Source: a virus (lineage: Duplodnaviria > Heunggongvirae > Uroviricota > Caudoviricetes). Taken from it: DNA of 64,000 nt. A program made the translations under genes and the position numbers. The first letter of the stretch is position 1, and each line of letters starts with the position of its first letter. A model generated the notes under the pieces. It was given only the letters and a program-made list of their open reading frames with translations. It ran no database searches and was not told the DNA's origin. Shown here in pieces: positions 29,710-40,800 of the stretch. Where the stretch lies: IMG/VR virus record IMGVR_UViG_2541047759_000001; one strand, given 5' to 3'.

Positions 29710-30055
29710 TTTTCAGAATGCCTTTGATGCTGCCCTCGCCGGGGTGGACAGTACGATCGTTGAAGTGATGGGGCTCTGTGCGCAGTTCACCTCCGGAGCA
29801 CAACGTGGCGGCGAAGTTCAGGGGGTTTTTGACGATCCGGAGTCGCTGGGTTTTGCCGGTGGCGGGGTCCGTATTGAAGGAAGCAGCCCGTCATTATTTG
29901 TGCGGACGGATACGGTGCGTGCCGTGCGGCGTGGTGACACGCTGACCATTAACGGCGAGATGTTCTGGGTGGATCGTGTTTCTCCGGATGACGGGGGCAG
30001 CTGTTATCTCTGGCTCAACCGTGGTCAACCACCCGCAGTTAACCGGCGACGATAA
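29702..30055 (+). CDS. FII: Head-tail joining protein FII
   Basis: 'GVRIEGSSPSLFVRTD...RRGDTLTI...FWVDRVSPDDGGSCYLWL...PPAVNRRR' matches lambda FII. Confidence 0.85.
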   Translation: MRDFQNAFDAALAGVDSTIVEVMGLCAQFTSGAQRGGEVQGVFDDPESLGFAGGGVRIEGSSPSLFVRTDTVRAVRRGDTLTINGEMFWVDRVSPDDGGSCYLWLNRGQPPAVNRRR

Positions 30056-30070
30056 ACGCAGGGTGAAATT

Positions 30071-30604
30071 ATGGCGATAAAAGGGCTTGATCAGGCGATT
30101 GACAATCTGAGCCGGGTTCGTAAAAACGCCATTCCGGCGGCTTCAGCAATGACGATTAACCGCGTGGCCACAACGGCGATTAATCAGTCTTCATCACAGG
30201 TTGCCCGGGAGACAAAGGTACGCCGGAAACTGGTTAAGGAACGGTCCAGACTGAAACTGGCCACGGTCAGAAATCCGAATGCCAGAATTATCGTTAACCG
30301 CGGTGATCTCCCTGTGATTAAGCTGGGGATCAGGATGCTGGGGCGTCGCCCGAACAGCATACTTAAAGCCGGTCAGCATCGGTATCAGCGGGCATTTATT
30401 CAGCGATTAAAAAATGGTCGCTGGCATGTCATGCAGCGTGTGGCCGGGAAAAACCGTTACCCCATTGATGTGGTGAAAATCCCGATGGCGGCCCCACTGA
30501 AACAGGCATTTGATGAGAATGTTGACCGTATCCGGCGTGAACGCCTGCCTAAAGAACTGGCATCCGCGCTGAAACAACAACTGAGGATTGCAATAAAACG
30601 ATGA
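30071..30604 (+). CDS. Z: Minor tail protein Z
   Basis: 'MAIKGLDQAIDNLSR...QVARETKVRRKLVKER' matches lambda Z. Confidence 0.85.
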   Translation: MAIKGLDQAIDNLSRVRKNAIPAASAMTINRVATTAINQSSSQVARETKVRRKLVKERSRLKLATVRNPNARIIVNRGDLPVIKLGIRMLGRRPNSILKAGQHRYQRAFIQRLKNGRWHVMQRVAGKNRYPIDVVKIPMAAPLKQAFDENVDRIRRERLPKELASALKQQLRIAIKR

Positions 30605-30996
30605 AACACACTGACATTCGTGCCGCAGTGCTGGATGCACTCGAGCAGCATGAACACGGGGCGACGCTGTTTGATGGTCGCCCCGTTGTTTTTGACGAAG
30701 AGGATTTTCCTGCGATCGCGGTTTATCTGACGGATGCAGAGTATACCGGTGAAGAGCTGGATGCAGATACCTGGCGGGCCACGCTGCATATTGAGGTGTT
30801 TTTACCGGCACAGGTACCGGATTCAGAGCTTGATCAGTGGATGGAAAGCCGGATTTACCCGGCGATGACCGCGATCCCGGCACTGGCAGGACTGATTACC
30901 ACGATGGTTACGCAGGGCTATGAGTATCGTCGTGATGACGATATGGCGTTATGGAGTTCTGCAGATCTGACTTATTCCATTACATACGAGATGTGA
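30601..30996 (+). CDS. U: Tail terminator protein U
   Basis: 131-aa ORF in the lambda U position. Confidence 0.8.
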   Translation: MKHTDIRAAVLDALEQHEHGATLFDGRPVVFDEEDFPAIAVYLTDAEYTGEELDADTWRATLHIEVFLPAQVPDSELDQWMESRIYPAMTAIPALAGLITTMVTQGYEYRRDDDMALWSSADLTYSITYEM

Positions 30997-31003
30997 GGAC
31001 GAT

Positions 31004-31756
31004 ATGGCAACACCAAATCCCCTTGAGCCGGTAAAAGGTGCCGGTACCACTCTGTGGGTTTACAACGGCAAGGGTGATGCTTATGCAAACCCGTTGTCAG
31101 ACGATGACTGGCAGCGACTGGCTAAGGTGAAGGATCTGACGCCGGGCGAGATGACGGCAGAATCCTACGATGATAACTACCTGGATGATGAAGACGCGGA
31201 CTGGACCGCGACCGGGCAGGGACAGAAATCTGCAGGTGATACCAGTTTTACGCTGGCCTGGAAACCGGGAGAGGAAGGCCAGAAAGGGCTTATAGGCTGG
31301 TTTGAAAGCGGCGATGTCCGGGCCTATAAAATCCGTTTTCCGAATGGCACGGTGGATGTGTTTCGTGGCTGGGTCAGCAGTATCGGTAAGGCCGTGACGG
31401 CGAAAGAAGTGATCACCCGCACGGTGAAAGTCACTAACGTGGGTAAACCTTCTGTAGCGGAAGAACGCAGCAAAATTACGCCGGTCAGTGCGATTAAGGT
31501 GACGCCGACATCCGGTACGGTGGCAAAAGGGAAAACAACCACCCTGACGGTTTCTTTTGAGCCGGAAAGTGCAACCGACAAGACGTTCAGAGCGGTTTCC
31601 GCCGATCCGTCGAAAGCCACCATTAGTGTGAAAGATATGACAATTACGGTAAACGGCGTGGCGACAGGTAAGGTGCAGATCCCTGTGGTGAGCGGAAATG
31701 GTCAGTTCGCCGCAGTGGCTGAAGTCACCGTTACTGAAGCGGGCGCTGCAGGGTAA
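31004..31756 (+). CDS. V: Major tail protein V with C-terminal Ig-like domain
   Basis: 250-aa ORF in the lambda V position; C-terminal '[22 protein letters not shown]' Ig-like repeat. Confidence 0.85.
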   Translation: MATPNPLEPVKGAGTTLWVYNGKGDAYANPLSDDDWQRLAKVKDLTPGEMTAESYDDNYLDDEDADWTATGQGQKSAGDTSFTLAWKPGEEGQKGLIGWFESGDVRAYKIRFPNGTVDVFRGWVSSIGKAVTAKEVITRTVKVTNVGKPSVAEERSKITPVSAIKVTPTSGTVAKGKTTTLTVSFEPESATDKTFRAVSADPSKATISVKDMTITVNGVATGKVQIPVVSGNGQFAAVAEVTVTEAGAAG

Positions 31757-31769
31757 ACGGAGGTAATAC

Positions 31770-32201
31770 ATGTTTCTGAAAACAGAACAATTTGAATATA
31801 ACGGTGTGTCTGTCACGCTTTCCGAATTGTCTGCGCTGCAGCGTATCGAGCATCTTGCCCTCCTGAAACGGCGTGCAGAACAGGCAGAATCCAGCGGCAA
31901 CCTGCAGGTAAGTGTGGAAGATCTCGTCAGAACCGGCGCGTTTCTGGTGGCGATGTCCCTGTGGCATAACCATCCACAGAAAACGCAGTCACCGTCAATG
32001 AATGAGGCCGTGATGAAGATAGAGCAGGAAGTGCTCACTACCTGGCCTGCCGATGCCATTGCCCGGGCGGAAGACGTGGTGTTGTGCCTGTCCGGGATGA
32101 TCGAAGCTGTTCGTCCGGATACTGATATTACTGAAGTGGCGAAAAATAACACGCTGACTGATGATGATTTTTCTGCGGGAAAGTCTTCGACGGCGAGCTG
32201 A
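31770..32201 (+). CDS. G: Tail assembly chaperone G
   Basis: 143-aa ORF in the lambda G position; ends just after the GGGAAAG slippery site. Confidence 0.8.
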   Translation: MFLKTEQFEYNGVSVTLSELSALQRIEHLALLKRRAEQAESSGNLQVSVEDLVRTGAFLVAMSLWHNHPQKTQSPSMNEAVMKIEQEVLTTWPADAIARAEDVVLCLSGMIEAVRPDTDITEVAKNNTLTDDDFSAGKSSTAS

Positions 32202-32641
32202 ACTTTGCCCTCAGACTGGCGCGTGAGATGGGGAGACCCGACTGGCGCGCCATGCTTGCCGGGATGACATCCACCGAATATGCCGACTGGCACCGTTTTT
32301 ACCGCACGCATTATTTTCAGGATACCCAGCTGGATATGCATTTTTCCGGGCTGACGTACGCTGTACTCAGCCTGTTTTTTTGCGATCCGGATATGCATCC
32401 CTCTGATTTCAGTCTGCTTGTCCCCCGGCATGAGGAAGAGCAGGTGGAGAGGCCGGATGAGGACAAAATGCTGATGCAGAAAGCGGCAGGACTTGCCGGA
32501 GGCGTCCGGTTCGGTGGGGACGGAGGGCGCGATATTTTATCGTCTGCGGATGTGGCGGATGTCATGGTGGATGATGCCGCATTAATGATGGCTTCAGCGG
32601 GGATTCCGGGAGGTGTGAGATATGTCCCAGCCGGTTGGTGA
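31770..32641 (+). CDS. G-T fusion produced by programmed -1 ribosomal frameshift
   Basis: GGGAAAG heptamer near 32175; the -1 frame continues open to 32641 and overlaps the H start. Confidence 0.7.
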
Positions 32642-35201
32642 TCTTGTTATTGACCTTAGTCTGGATGCTGTCCGTTTCGATGAGCAGATGAGCCGGGTAA
32701 GGCGTCATTTTTCAGGTCTGGATACCGACGCCAGAAAAACCGCCAGTGCTGTTGAACAGGGCCTGAGCCGCCAGGCGCTGGCTGCACAAAAAGCCGGGAT
32801 TTCCGTCGGGCAGTATAAAGCGGCCATGCGAACCCTGCCCGCACAGTTTACGGATATCGCCACGCAGCTTGCCGGTGGTCAGAATCCCTGGCTGATCCTG
32901 CTGCAACAGGGCGGTCAGGTGAAGGACTCCTTCGGCGGGATGATCCCCATGTTCAGGGGGCTTGCCGGTGCGATCACCCTGCCGATGGTCGGGGTCACCT
33001 CGCTGGCGGTGGCGACAGGTGCGCTGGTGTACGCCTGGTACCAGGGAGATTCCACGCTTTCAGCGTTTAATAAAACCCTGGTTCTTTCCGGTAATCAGTC
33101 CGGACTGACTGCCGATCGTATGCTGACTCTCTCAAGAGCCGGGCAGGCAGCAGGGCTGACGTTTAACCAGGCGAGAGAGTCACTGGCAGCCCTGGTGAAT
33201 GCCGGTGTGCGTGGTGGTGAACAGTTTGATGCCATCAACCAGAGTGTCGCGCGTTTTGCGTCTGCATCCGGTGTGGAGGTGGATAAAGTCGCTGAAGCCT
33301 TCGGGAAGCTGACCACTGACCCGACGTCGGGACTGATGGCGATGGCGCGCCAGTTTCGTAACGTGACGGCAGAGCAGATTGCGTATGTTGCACAACTGCA
33401 GCGTTCCGGAGACGAGGCCGGAGCCTTACAGGCGGCGAACGATATCGCCACGAAAGGCTTTGATGAGCAGACCCGTCGCCTGAAAGAAAACATGGGAACA
33501 CTGGAGACCTGGGCGGATAAAACAGGGAAGGCATTCAAATCGATGTGGGATGCCATTCTGGATATCGGTCGTCCGGAATCCTCAGCGGATATGCTCGCCA
33601 GTGCGCAGAAGGCATTTGATGAGGCGGATAAAAAATGGCAGTGGTACCAGAGCCGGAGCCAGCGCCGGGGAAAGACCTCCTCTTTTCGTGCGAACCTTCA
33701 GGGGGCATGGGATGACCGGGAAAATGCCCGTCTGGGTCTGGCAGCGGCCACGCTGCAGTCGGATATGGAAAAAGCCGGTGAACTGGCGGCAAGGGACCGG
33801 GCTGAGCGTGAGGCGTCACAGCTGAAGTATACCGGAGAGGCGCAGAAGGCGTATGAGCGTCTGCTGACGCCACTGGAGAAATATACTGACCGGCAGGAAG
33901 AGCTGAATAAGGCCCTGAAAGACGGGAAAATCCTGCAGGCGGATTACAACACGCTGATGGCGGCGGCGAAAAAGGACTATGAAGCGACGCTGAAAAAGCC
34001 GAAACAGTCCGGCGTGAAGGTGTCTGCGGGCGATCGTCAGGAAGACAGTGCTCATGCTGCCCTGCTGACGCTTCAGGCTGAACTCCGGACGCTGGAGAAG
34101 CATGCCGGAGCAAATGAGAAAATCAGCCAGCAGCGCCGGGATTTGTGGAAGGCGGAGAGTCAGTTCGCGGTACTGGAGGAGGCGGCGCAACGTCGCCAGC
34201 TGTCTGCACAGGAGAAATCCCTGCTGGCGCATAAAGATGAGACGCTGGAGTACAAACGCCAGCTGGCTGCACTTGGCGACAAGGTTACGTATCAGGAGCG
34301 CCTGAACGCGCTGGCGCAGCAGGCGGATAAATTCGCACAGCAGCAACGGGCAAAACGGGCCGCCATTGATGCGAAAAGCCGGGGGCTGACTGACCGGCAG
34401 GCAGAACGGGAAGCCACAGAACAGCGCCTGAAGGAACAGTATGGCGATAATCCTCTGGCGCTGAATAACGTCATGTCAGAGCAGAAAAAGACCTGGGCGG
34501 CTGAAGACCTGCTTCGCGGGAACTGGATGGCAGGCCTCAGGTCCGGCTGGAGCGAGTGGAAAGAGAGTGCCACGGACAGTATGTCGCAGGTTAAAAGTGC
34601 TGCCACGCAGACCTTTGATGGTATTGCGCAGAATATGGCGGCGATGCTGACCGGCAGTGAGCAGAACTGGCGCAGCTTCACCCGCTCCGTGCTGTCCATG
34701 ATGACAGAAATTCTGCTTAAGCAGGCAATGGTGGGGATTGTCGGGAGTATCGGCAGCGCCATTGGCGGGGCTACCGGTGGCGGCGCATCAGCGTCAGGCG
34801 GTACAGCCATTCAGGCTGCGGCGGCGAACTTCCATTTCGCGACCGGGGGATTTACGGGAACCGGTGGCAAATATGAGCCAGCGGGGATTGTCCACCGCGG
34901 GGAGTTTGTCTTCACGAAGGAGGCAACCAGCCGGATTGGTGTCGGGAACCTGTACCGCCTGATGCGGGGCTATGCGGAAGGGGGGTATGTGGGTGCTGCC
35001 GGAAGTCCGGCGCAGATGCGGCGGGCCGAAGGCATTAATTTTAATCAGAACAATCACGTGGTGATTCAGAACGACGGTATCAACGGACAGGCGGGGTCGC
35101 AGCTGATGAAGGCGGTGTATGACATGGCCCGCAAGGGGGCACAGGATGAACTCCGGCTGCAGTTGCGTGATGGCGGTCTGTTATCAGGGAGCGGTCGATG
35201 A
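32622..35201 (+). CDS. H: Tail tape measure protein H
   Basis: 859-aa coiled-coil-rich ORF in the lambda H position. Confidence 0.85.
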   Translation: MSQPVGDLVIDLSLDAVRFDEQMSRVRRHFSGLDTDARKTASAVEQGLSRQALAAQKAGISVGQYKAAMRTLPAQFTDIATQLAGGQNPWLILLQQGGQVKDSFGGMIPMFRGLAGAITLPMVGVTSLAVATGALVYAWYQGDSTLSAFNKTLVLSGNQSGLTADRMLTLSRAGQAAGLTFNQARESLAALVNAGVRGGEQFDAINQSVARFASASGVEVDKVAEAFGKLTTDPTSGLMAMARQFRNVTAEQIAYVAQLQRSGDEAGALQAANDIATKGFDEQTRRLKENMGTLETWADKTGKAFKSMWDAILDIGRPESSADMLASAQKAFDEADKKWQWYQSRSQRRGKTSSFRANLQGAWDDRENARLGLAAATLQSDMEKAGELAARDRAEREASQLKYTGEAQKAYERLLTPLEKYTDRQEELNKALKDGKILQADYNTLMAAAKKDYEATLKKPKQSGVKVSAGDRQEDSAHAALLTLQAELRTLEKHAGANEKISQQRRDLWKAESQFAVLEEAAQRRQLSAQEKSLLAHKDETLEYKRQLAALGDKVTYQERLNALAQQADKFAQQQRAKRAAIDAKSRGLTDRQAEREATEQRLKEQYGDNPLALNNVMSEQKKTWAAEDLLRGNWMAGLRSGWSEWKESATDSMSQVKSAATQTFDGIAQNMAAMLTGSEQNWRSFTRSVLSMMTEILLKQAMVGIVGSIGSAIGGATGGGASASGGTAIQAAAANFHFATGGFTGTGGKYEPAGIVHRGEFVFTKEATSRIGVGNLYRLMRGYAEGGYVGAAGSPAQMRRAEGINFNQNNHVVIQNDGINGQAGSQLMKAVYDMARKGAQDELRLQLRDGGLLSGSGR

Positions 35202-35527
35202 AAACCTTTCGCTGGAAAGTGAAGCCGGATATGGAGGTGAACTCGCAGCCATCGGTGCGTGAAGTGCGTTTTGGTGACGGGTACTCACAGCGTATGGCGG
35301 CAGGGCTGAATGCTGACCTGAAAACATACAGGGTGACGCTTTCCGTGACCCGGGAGGAGGCCCGGCATCTGGAAGCGTTCCTGGCAGAGCACGGGGGCTG
35401 GAAGGCATTTTTGTGGAAGCCACCCTATGCATACCGGCAGATAAAGGTGACCTGTGCCGGGTGGTCTGCGCGGGTCGGGATGTTGCGCGTTGAGTTCAGC
35501 GCGGAGTTTAAGCAGGTGGTGAACTGA
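35198..35527 (+). CDS. M: Minor tail protein M
   Basis: 109-aa ORF in the lambda M position. Confidence 0.8.
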   Translation: MKTFRWKVKPDMEVNSQPSVREVRFGDGYSQRMAAGLNADLKTYRVTLSVTREEARHLEAFLAEHGGWKAFLWKPPYAYRQIKVTCAGWSARVGMLRVEFSAEFKQVVN

Positions 35528-36225
35528 TGCAGGATATTCACGAAGAAAGTCTGAACGAGTCGGTTAAATCAGAGCAGTCACCGCGGGTGGTACTCTGGGA
35601 AATCGACCTGACGGTACAGGGCGGTGAGCGGTATTTTTTCTGTAATGAGCTGAATGAAAAAGGGGAGCCGGTCACCTGGCAGGGGCGTAAGTATGAGGCA
35701 TACCCGATTGACGGCAGCGGCTTTGAGATGAACGGCCGGGGCAGCAGTGCCCGCCCGTCGCTGACGGTGTCCAATCTGTTTGGCCTTGTCACCGGGGTGG
35801 CGGAGGACCTGCAGAGTCTGGTGGGGGCCACGGTGGTCCGCCGCCGGGTGTATGCCCGTTTTCTGGATGCGGTGAATTTCGTTGCGGGCAATCCGGCGGC
35901 GGACCCGGAGCAGGAGTTGAGTGACCGCTGGGTGGTGGAGCAGATGTCGCAGCTGACAGCCATGACGGCCTCGTTTGTGCTGGCCACACCGACCGAGACG
36001 GACGGGGCGCTGTTTCCCGGTCGTATCATGCTGGCGAACACCTGTATGTGGACCTACCGCTCTGATGAGTGTGGTTACACGGGCGAGGCTGTGGCGGATG
36101 AGTTCGATAAACCCACCACGGATATCCGTAAGGACAGATGCAGCAAGTGCATGCGCGGGTGTGAACTGCGCAGGAATGTCGGCAATTTTGGCGGTTTCCT
36201 TTCCATTAATAAACTTTCGCAGTAA
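35527..36225 (+). CDS. L: Minor tail protein L
   Basis: 232-aa ORF in the lambda L position; C-terminal Cys cluster. Confidence 0.8.
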   Translation: MQDIHEESLNESVKSEQSPRVVLWEIDLTVQGGERYFFCNELNEKGEPVTWQGRKYEAYPIDGSGFEMNGRGSSARPSLTVSNLFGLVTGVAEDLQSLVGATVVRRRVYARFLDAVNFVAGNPAADPEQELSDRWVVEQMSQLTAMTASFVLATPTETDGALFPGRIMLANTCMWTYRSDECGYTGEAVADEFDKPTTDIRKDRCSKCMRGCELRRNVGNFGGFLSINKLSQ

Positions 36226-36235
36226 ATCCCGGTTT

Positions 36236-36979
36236 ATGACACAGACTGAATCAGCGATTCTGGCGCATGCCCGGCGGTGTGCGCCTGCGGAGGCGTGCGG
36301 CTTCGTGATAAGCACGCCGGAGGGGGAGTGGTATATCCCTTGTGTGAATATTTCTGCAGAGCCGGAGGCGTATTTTCGTATCGCACCGGAAGACTGGCTG
36401 CGGGCAGAGATGCAGGGGGAGATTGTGGCGCTGGTCCACAGTCATCCCGGTGGTCTGCCCTGGCTGAGCGAGGCGGACCGGCGGCTGCAGATAAAGAGCG
36501 CACTGCCCTGGTGGCTGGTCTGCCGGGGGGCGATTCATAAGTTCCGCTGTGTGCCGCATCTCACCGGGCGGCGCTTTGAGCACGGGGTGACGGACTGTTA
36601 CACGCTGTTCCGGGACGCTTACCATCTGGCGGGGACTGAGATGCCGGACTTTCATCGTGAGGATGACTGGTGGCGTAACGGCCAGAATCTCTATCTTGAT
36701 AATCTGGAGGCCACAGGGCTGTATCAGGTGCCGTTGTCAGCGGCGCAGCCGGGCGATGTGCTGCTGTGCTGTTTTGGTTCATCGGTGCCGAACCATGCCG
36801 CCATTTACTGCGGCAACGGTGAGCTGCTTCACCATCTGCCTGAACAACTGAGTAAACGGGAGAGGTATTCCGAAAAATGGCAACGACGAACGCATTCTGT
36901 CTGGCGTCACCGCCACTGGCACGCATCTGCCTTCACGGGGATTTGCAACGATTTGGCCGCCGCCTCAGCCTGTATGTGA
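36236..36979 (+). CDS. K: Tail assembly protein K (JAB/MPN plus NlpC/P60 domains); 3' end overlaps I
   Basis: 'MTQTESAILAHARRCAPAE...HSHPGG' matches the lambda K N-terminus; ATG at 36236. Confidence 0.8.
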   Translation: MTQTESAILAHARRCAPAEACGFVISTPEGEWYIPCVNISAEPEAYFRIAPEDWLRAEMQGEIVALVHSHPGGLPWLSEADRRLQIKSALPWWLVCRGAIHKFRCVPHLTGRRFEHGVTDCYTLFRDAYHLAGTEMPDFHREDDWWRNGQNLYLDNLEATGLYQVPLSAAQPGDVLLCCFGSSVPNHAAIYCGNGELLHHLPEQLSKRERYSEKWQRRTHSVWRHRHWHASAFTGICNDLAAASACM

Positions 36980-37557
36980 ACACGGCAGCGGAAGCCATCC
37001 GTGCCCTGTCGTTACAGGTGCCGGGCTTTCGCCGTCAGATGAACGAAGGCTGGTACCAGATACGTATTGCCGGTGATGACACGGCACCGGAGGCGGTGTA
37101 CGCCCGTCTTCACGAACAGCTGGGTGAGGGAACGGTCATCCACATTGTGCCGCGACTGGCCGGAGCCGGAAAGGGCGGACTGCAGATTGTGCTGGGGGCG
37201 GCAGCCATCGTGGGCTCTTTCTTCACGGCCGGTGCCTCGATGGCGTTATGGGGTTCAGCCCTGGCAGCCGGTGGTTTTTCTGCCACCACGATGCTGTTTT
37301 CACTGGGGGCCAGCATGATACTGGGCGGTGTGGCACAGATGCTGGCCCCGAAGGCAAAAACACCGGATTACCGCGTAACGGATAACGGCAGACAGAACAC
37401 GTACTTTTCCTCGCTGGATAACATGATTGCCCAGGGGAACCCGATGCCGGTGCCTTACGGGGAAATGCTGGTTGGCTCCCGCCGTATATCCCAGGACATC
37501 AGCACCCGTGATGAAGGCGGGGGCGGAAAGGTCGTGGTTATCGGGCGGCAGGGGTAA
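36877..37557 (+). CDS. I: Tail assembly protein I
   Basis: 'ARICLHGDLQRFGRR...IRIAGDD...HIVPRLAGAG' matches lambda I. Confidence 0.85.
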   Translation: MATTNAFCLASPPLARICLHGDLQRFGRRLSLYVNTAAEAIRALSLQVPGFRRQMNEGWYQIRIAGDDTAPEAVYARLHEQLGEGTVIHIVPRLAGAGKGGLQIVLGAAAIVGSFFTAGASMALWGSALAAGGFSATTMLFSLGASMILGGVAQMLAPKAKTPDYRVTDNGRQNTYFSSLDNMIAQGNPMPVPYGEMLVGSRRISQDISTRDEGGGGKVVVIGRQG

Positions 37558-37560
37558 AAA

Positions 37561-37596
37561 GAATAAAAAAATCCCGCAGAGTTGCGGAGCTGCGGG
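37561..37596 (-). terminator. Minus-strand intrinsic terminator in the I-J gap
   Basis: CCCGCAG...CTGCGGG hairpin at 37573-37596 followed on the minus strand by TTTTTTATTC. Confidence 0.6.
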
Positions 37597-37656
37597 AGCG
37601 TTACGAAGATCAACTATAGATAATTATTCTTATGTCACGACAAAAAAAATTAACGC
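37562..37656 (-). ncRNA. Candidate small RNA of about 95 nt, defined by a promoter and terminator
   Basis: Minus-strand TTCACA (plus 37685-37690), 16-bp spacer, TATAAT (plus 37663-37668), then the intrinsic terminator; no start codon in the transcript. Confidence 0.4.
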
Positions 37657-37760
37657 AGAGAAATTATAAGTGCCACAGGGATTTTGTGAAAATGTGAAGA
37701 TATTCAGAATTTTTATGCCATTACCGGTTTTAACCAACAGGATTATCGGTGGGCATGAAA

Positions 37761-37798
37761 GAAAACCCCGGTATCTGCTGATACCGGGGTTTCTCTTT
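37761..37798. terminator. Bidirectional hairpin terminator
   Basis: CCCCGGTATC...GATACCGGGG stem flanked by T-rich runs on both strands. Confidence 0.55.
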
Positions 37799-37895
37799 AG
37801 CATGGCAGAAATGTGTTTCATGCTTTTCGGGCGAAGGATATCCGACTTCTGTACGGAATGGCAAGTGGCGGTTAATTTATTCAGGGGAAGGCTGT

Positions 37896-40800
37896 ATGGG
37901 AAAAGGTGGCGGTAAGGCACACACGCCTCGTGAGGCGAAGGATAATCTCAAATCCACGCAGATGATGAGTGTGATTGATGCGATTGGTGAGGGACCGATA
38001 GAAGGTCCGGTGAAGGGACTGCAGAGTATCCTGGTGAACAAAACCCCGCTGACGGACACGGACGGTAATCCCGTGATACACGGTGTGACCGCGGTCTGGC
38101 GTGCCGGGGAGCAGGAGCAGACACCACCGGAAGGCTTTGAGTCCTCCGGAGCTGAAACCGGACTGGGCGTGGAAGTGACGAAGGCAAAACCGGTGACGCG
38201 CACCATTACGTCCGCGAACATTGACCGCCTGCGGGTTACCTTCGGGGTGCAGTCACTGGTGCAGACCACGTCAAGGGGCGACCGTAATCCTTCCTCTGTC
38301 CGGATTCTGATTCAGTTACAGCGTAATGGCCGCTGGGTGACGGAAAAGGACGTCACCATTAACGGCAAGACCACCTCACAGTTCCTGGCCTCGGTGATTC
38401 TGGATAATCTGCCTCCCCGGCCCTTTAACATCCGGATGGTCAGGGAGACGGCGGACAGCACCACGGACCAGCTGCAGAATAAGACGCTGTGGTCGTCATA
38501 CACCGAAATCATCGATGTGAAACAGTGCTACCCGAACACGGCCATTGTGGGGCTGCAGGTGGATGCGGAGCAGTTCGGCGGCCAGCAGATGACGGTGAAC
38601 TACCATATCCGCGGTCGCATCATCCAGGTGCCGTCAAACTATGACCCGGAAAAACGCACGTACAGTGGTATCTGGGACGGCAGTCTGAAACCGGCATACA
38701 GCAACAACCCGGCCTGGTGCCTGTGGGACATGCTGACTCACCCGCGCTACGGCATGGGAAAACGTCTGGGGGCGGCGGATGTGGACAAGTGGGCGCTGTA
38801 TGCCATCGGGCAGTACTGCGACCAGACGGTCCCGGATGGTTTCGGGGGGACCGAGCCGCGGATGACCTTTAATGCGTACCTGGCACAACAGCGTAAGGCG
38901 TGGGACGTTCTCAGTGATTTCTGCTCTGCGATGCGCTGTATGCCGGTATGGAACGGTCAGACGCTGACGTTCGTTCAGGACCGCCCGTCGGATGTGGTGT
39001 GGCCGTACACCAACAGCGATGTGGTGGTGGATGATAACGGCGTGGGGTTCCGCTACAGCTTCAGTGCCCTGAAGGACCGGCACACGGCGGTGGAGGTGAA
39101 TTACACCGACCCGCAGAACGGCTGGCAGACCTCCACGGAACTGGTGGAAGACCCGGAAGCCATACTGCGCTACGGACGCAACCTGCTGAAGATGGACGCG
39201 TTCGGCTGTACCAGCCGCGGTCAGGCCCACCGTGCCGGGCTGTGGGTGATAAAGACCGAACTGCTGGAAACGCAGACGGTGGATTTCACGCTCGGGTCAC
39301 AGGGGCTGCGTCACACACCCGGTGACATCATTGAAATCTGTGATAACGACTATGCCGGAACCATGACCGGCGGACGTGTCCTGTCCATCGATGCCGCCAG
39401 CCGTACCCTGACGCTGGACCGGGAGGTGACACTGCCGGAGACCGGCACGGCCACTGTTAATCTGATTAACGGCAGCGGTAAGCCGGCGAGCGTGGCCATC
39501 ACCGCACACCCCGCGCCTGACCGGATACAGGTCAGCACCCTGCCGGATGGTGTGGAGACATACGGTGTGTGGGGACTCTCCCTGCCGTCACTGCGCCGTC
39601 GCCTGTTCCGCTGTGTCTCCATCCGGGAAAACACGGACGGCACCTTTGCCATCACGGCGGTGCAGCACGTACCGGAAAAAGAAGCCATCGTGGATAACGG
39701 TGCCCGCTTTGAGCCGCAGTCAGGCTCCCTGAACAGCGTCATCCCACCGGCAGTACAGCACCTGACGGTGGAGGTGAGCGCAGCTGACGGCCAGTATCTG
39801 GCGCAGGCTAAATGGGACACGCCGCGGGTGGTGAAGGGCGTGCGCTTCAGTCTGCGCCTGACCAGTGGTAAGGGAACGGATGCCAGACTGGTGACCACCG
39901 CCATCACCGCAGACACGGAGCACCGTTTCAGTGGCCTGCCACTGGGGGAATACACCCTGACGGTGCGGGCGATAAACAGTTATGGCCAGCAGGGTGAACC
40001 TGCCACCACCACCTTCCGGATTAACGCACCTGCAAAACCCGCCACCATTGAGCTGACGCCGGGGTATTTTCAGATAACGGCGGTCCCGCGTCTTGCGGTG
40101 TATGATCCGACGATACAGTTTGAATTCTGGTTCTCAGAAAAACGCATCACGAACACGGCACAGGTGGAAAAATCTGCCCGTTATCTGGGGTCCGGCAGTC
40201 AGTGGACTGTCCAGGGGAGCCGGATTAAGCCGGGGACGGATTTCTGGTTTTACGTGCGAAGCGTCAACCTGGTGGGAAAATCTGCTTTTGTGGAAGCCAG
40301 CGGGCAGCCCAGCAATGATGGTGAAGGGTATCTGGAAATTTTCCGGGGGCTGATAGATGAGACGCTTCTGGGTCAGGCACTGAAAGAGCGCATTGATGCT
40401 TCAGCGCTGCGTACGGAGGTCACGCAACTGGAAGAAGACATCCGTCAGCGGATGGACACGGATATCGCAGAAGTGACCCGGAAAATCGGGGAGGCGGAAA
40501 ACAGCCTCACGCAGCTGGTTGCGAAAAAGAATGAGGACCAGACACTGGCCATCGCGCAGATGAGCCAGAAAGTGGACCGGGTTAGCAGTGAAATCTCACA
40601 GACTGTCAGCCAGGGGCAGTCAGAAAACGCCCGACAGATAGCACAGGTCCGCCAGTACGTGGATAAAAAAGGGAGTGAAATTACCTCGACCACGGATAAA
40701 AAACTGGGTGACCAGGCCGTGACCATACAGCAAATCCAGCGGGTTCAGTCAGACACGCGCAATGAGCTGAATGCCATGTATATGCTGAAGGTGCAGAAAA

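Noticed and set aside
31097-32431. 444-aa minus-strand ORF opposite the V/G/T tail genes
   Set aside because: Antisense shadow ORF of strongly supported lambda-homologous genes; translation is protein-unlike.
33535-36315. Several long minus-strand ORFs (for example 33535-34113, 34292-34810, 35578-36315) opposite H, M, L and K
   Set aside because: Antisense shadows in GC-rich coding DNA; Pro/Arg/Ser-rich translations with no RBS support.
37630-37920. 96-aa minus-strand ORF and 81-aa plus-strand ORF in the I-J gap
   Set aside because: Both run through the bidirectional terminator hairpin and into the J start region and lack RBSs; a non-coding RNA fits better.
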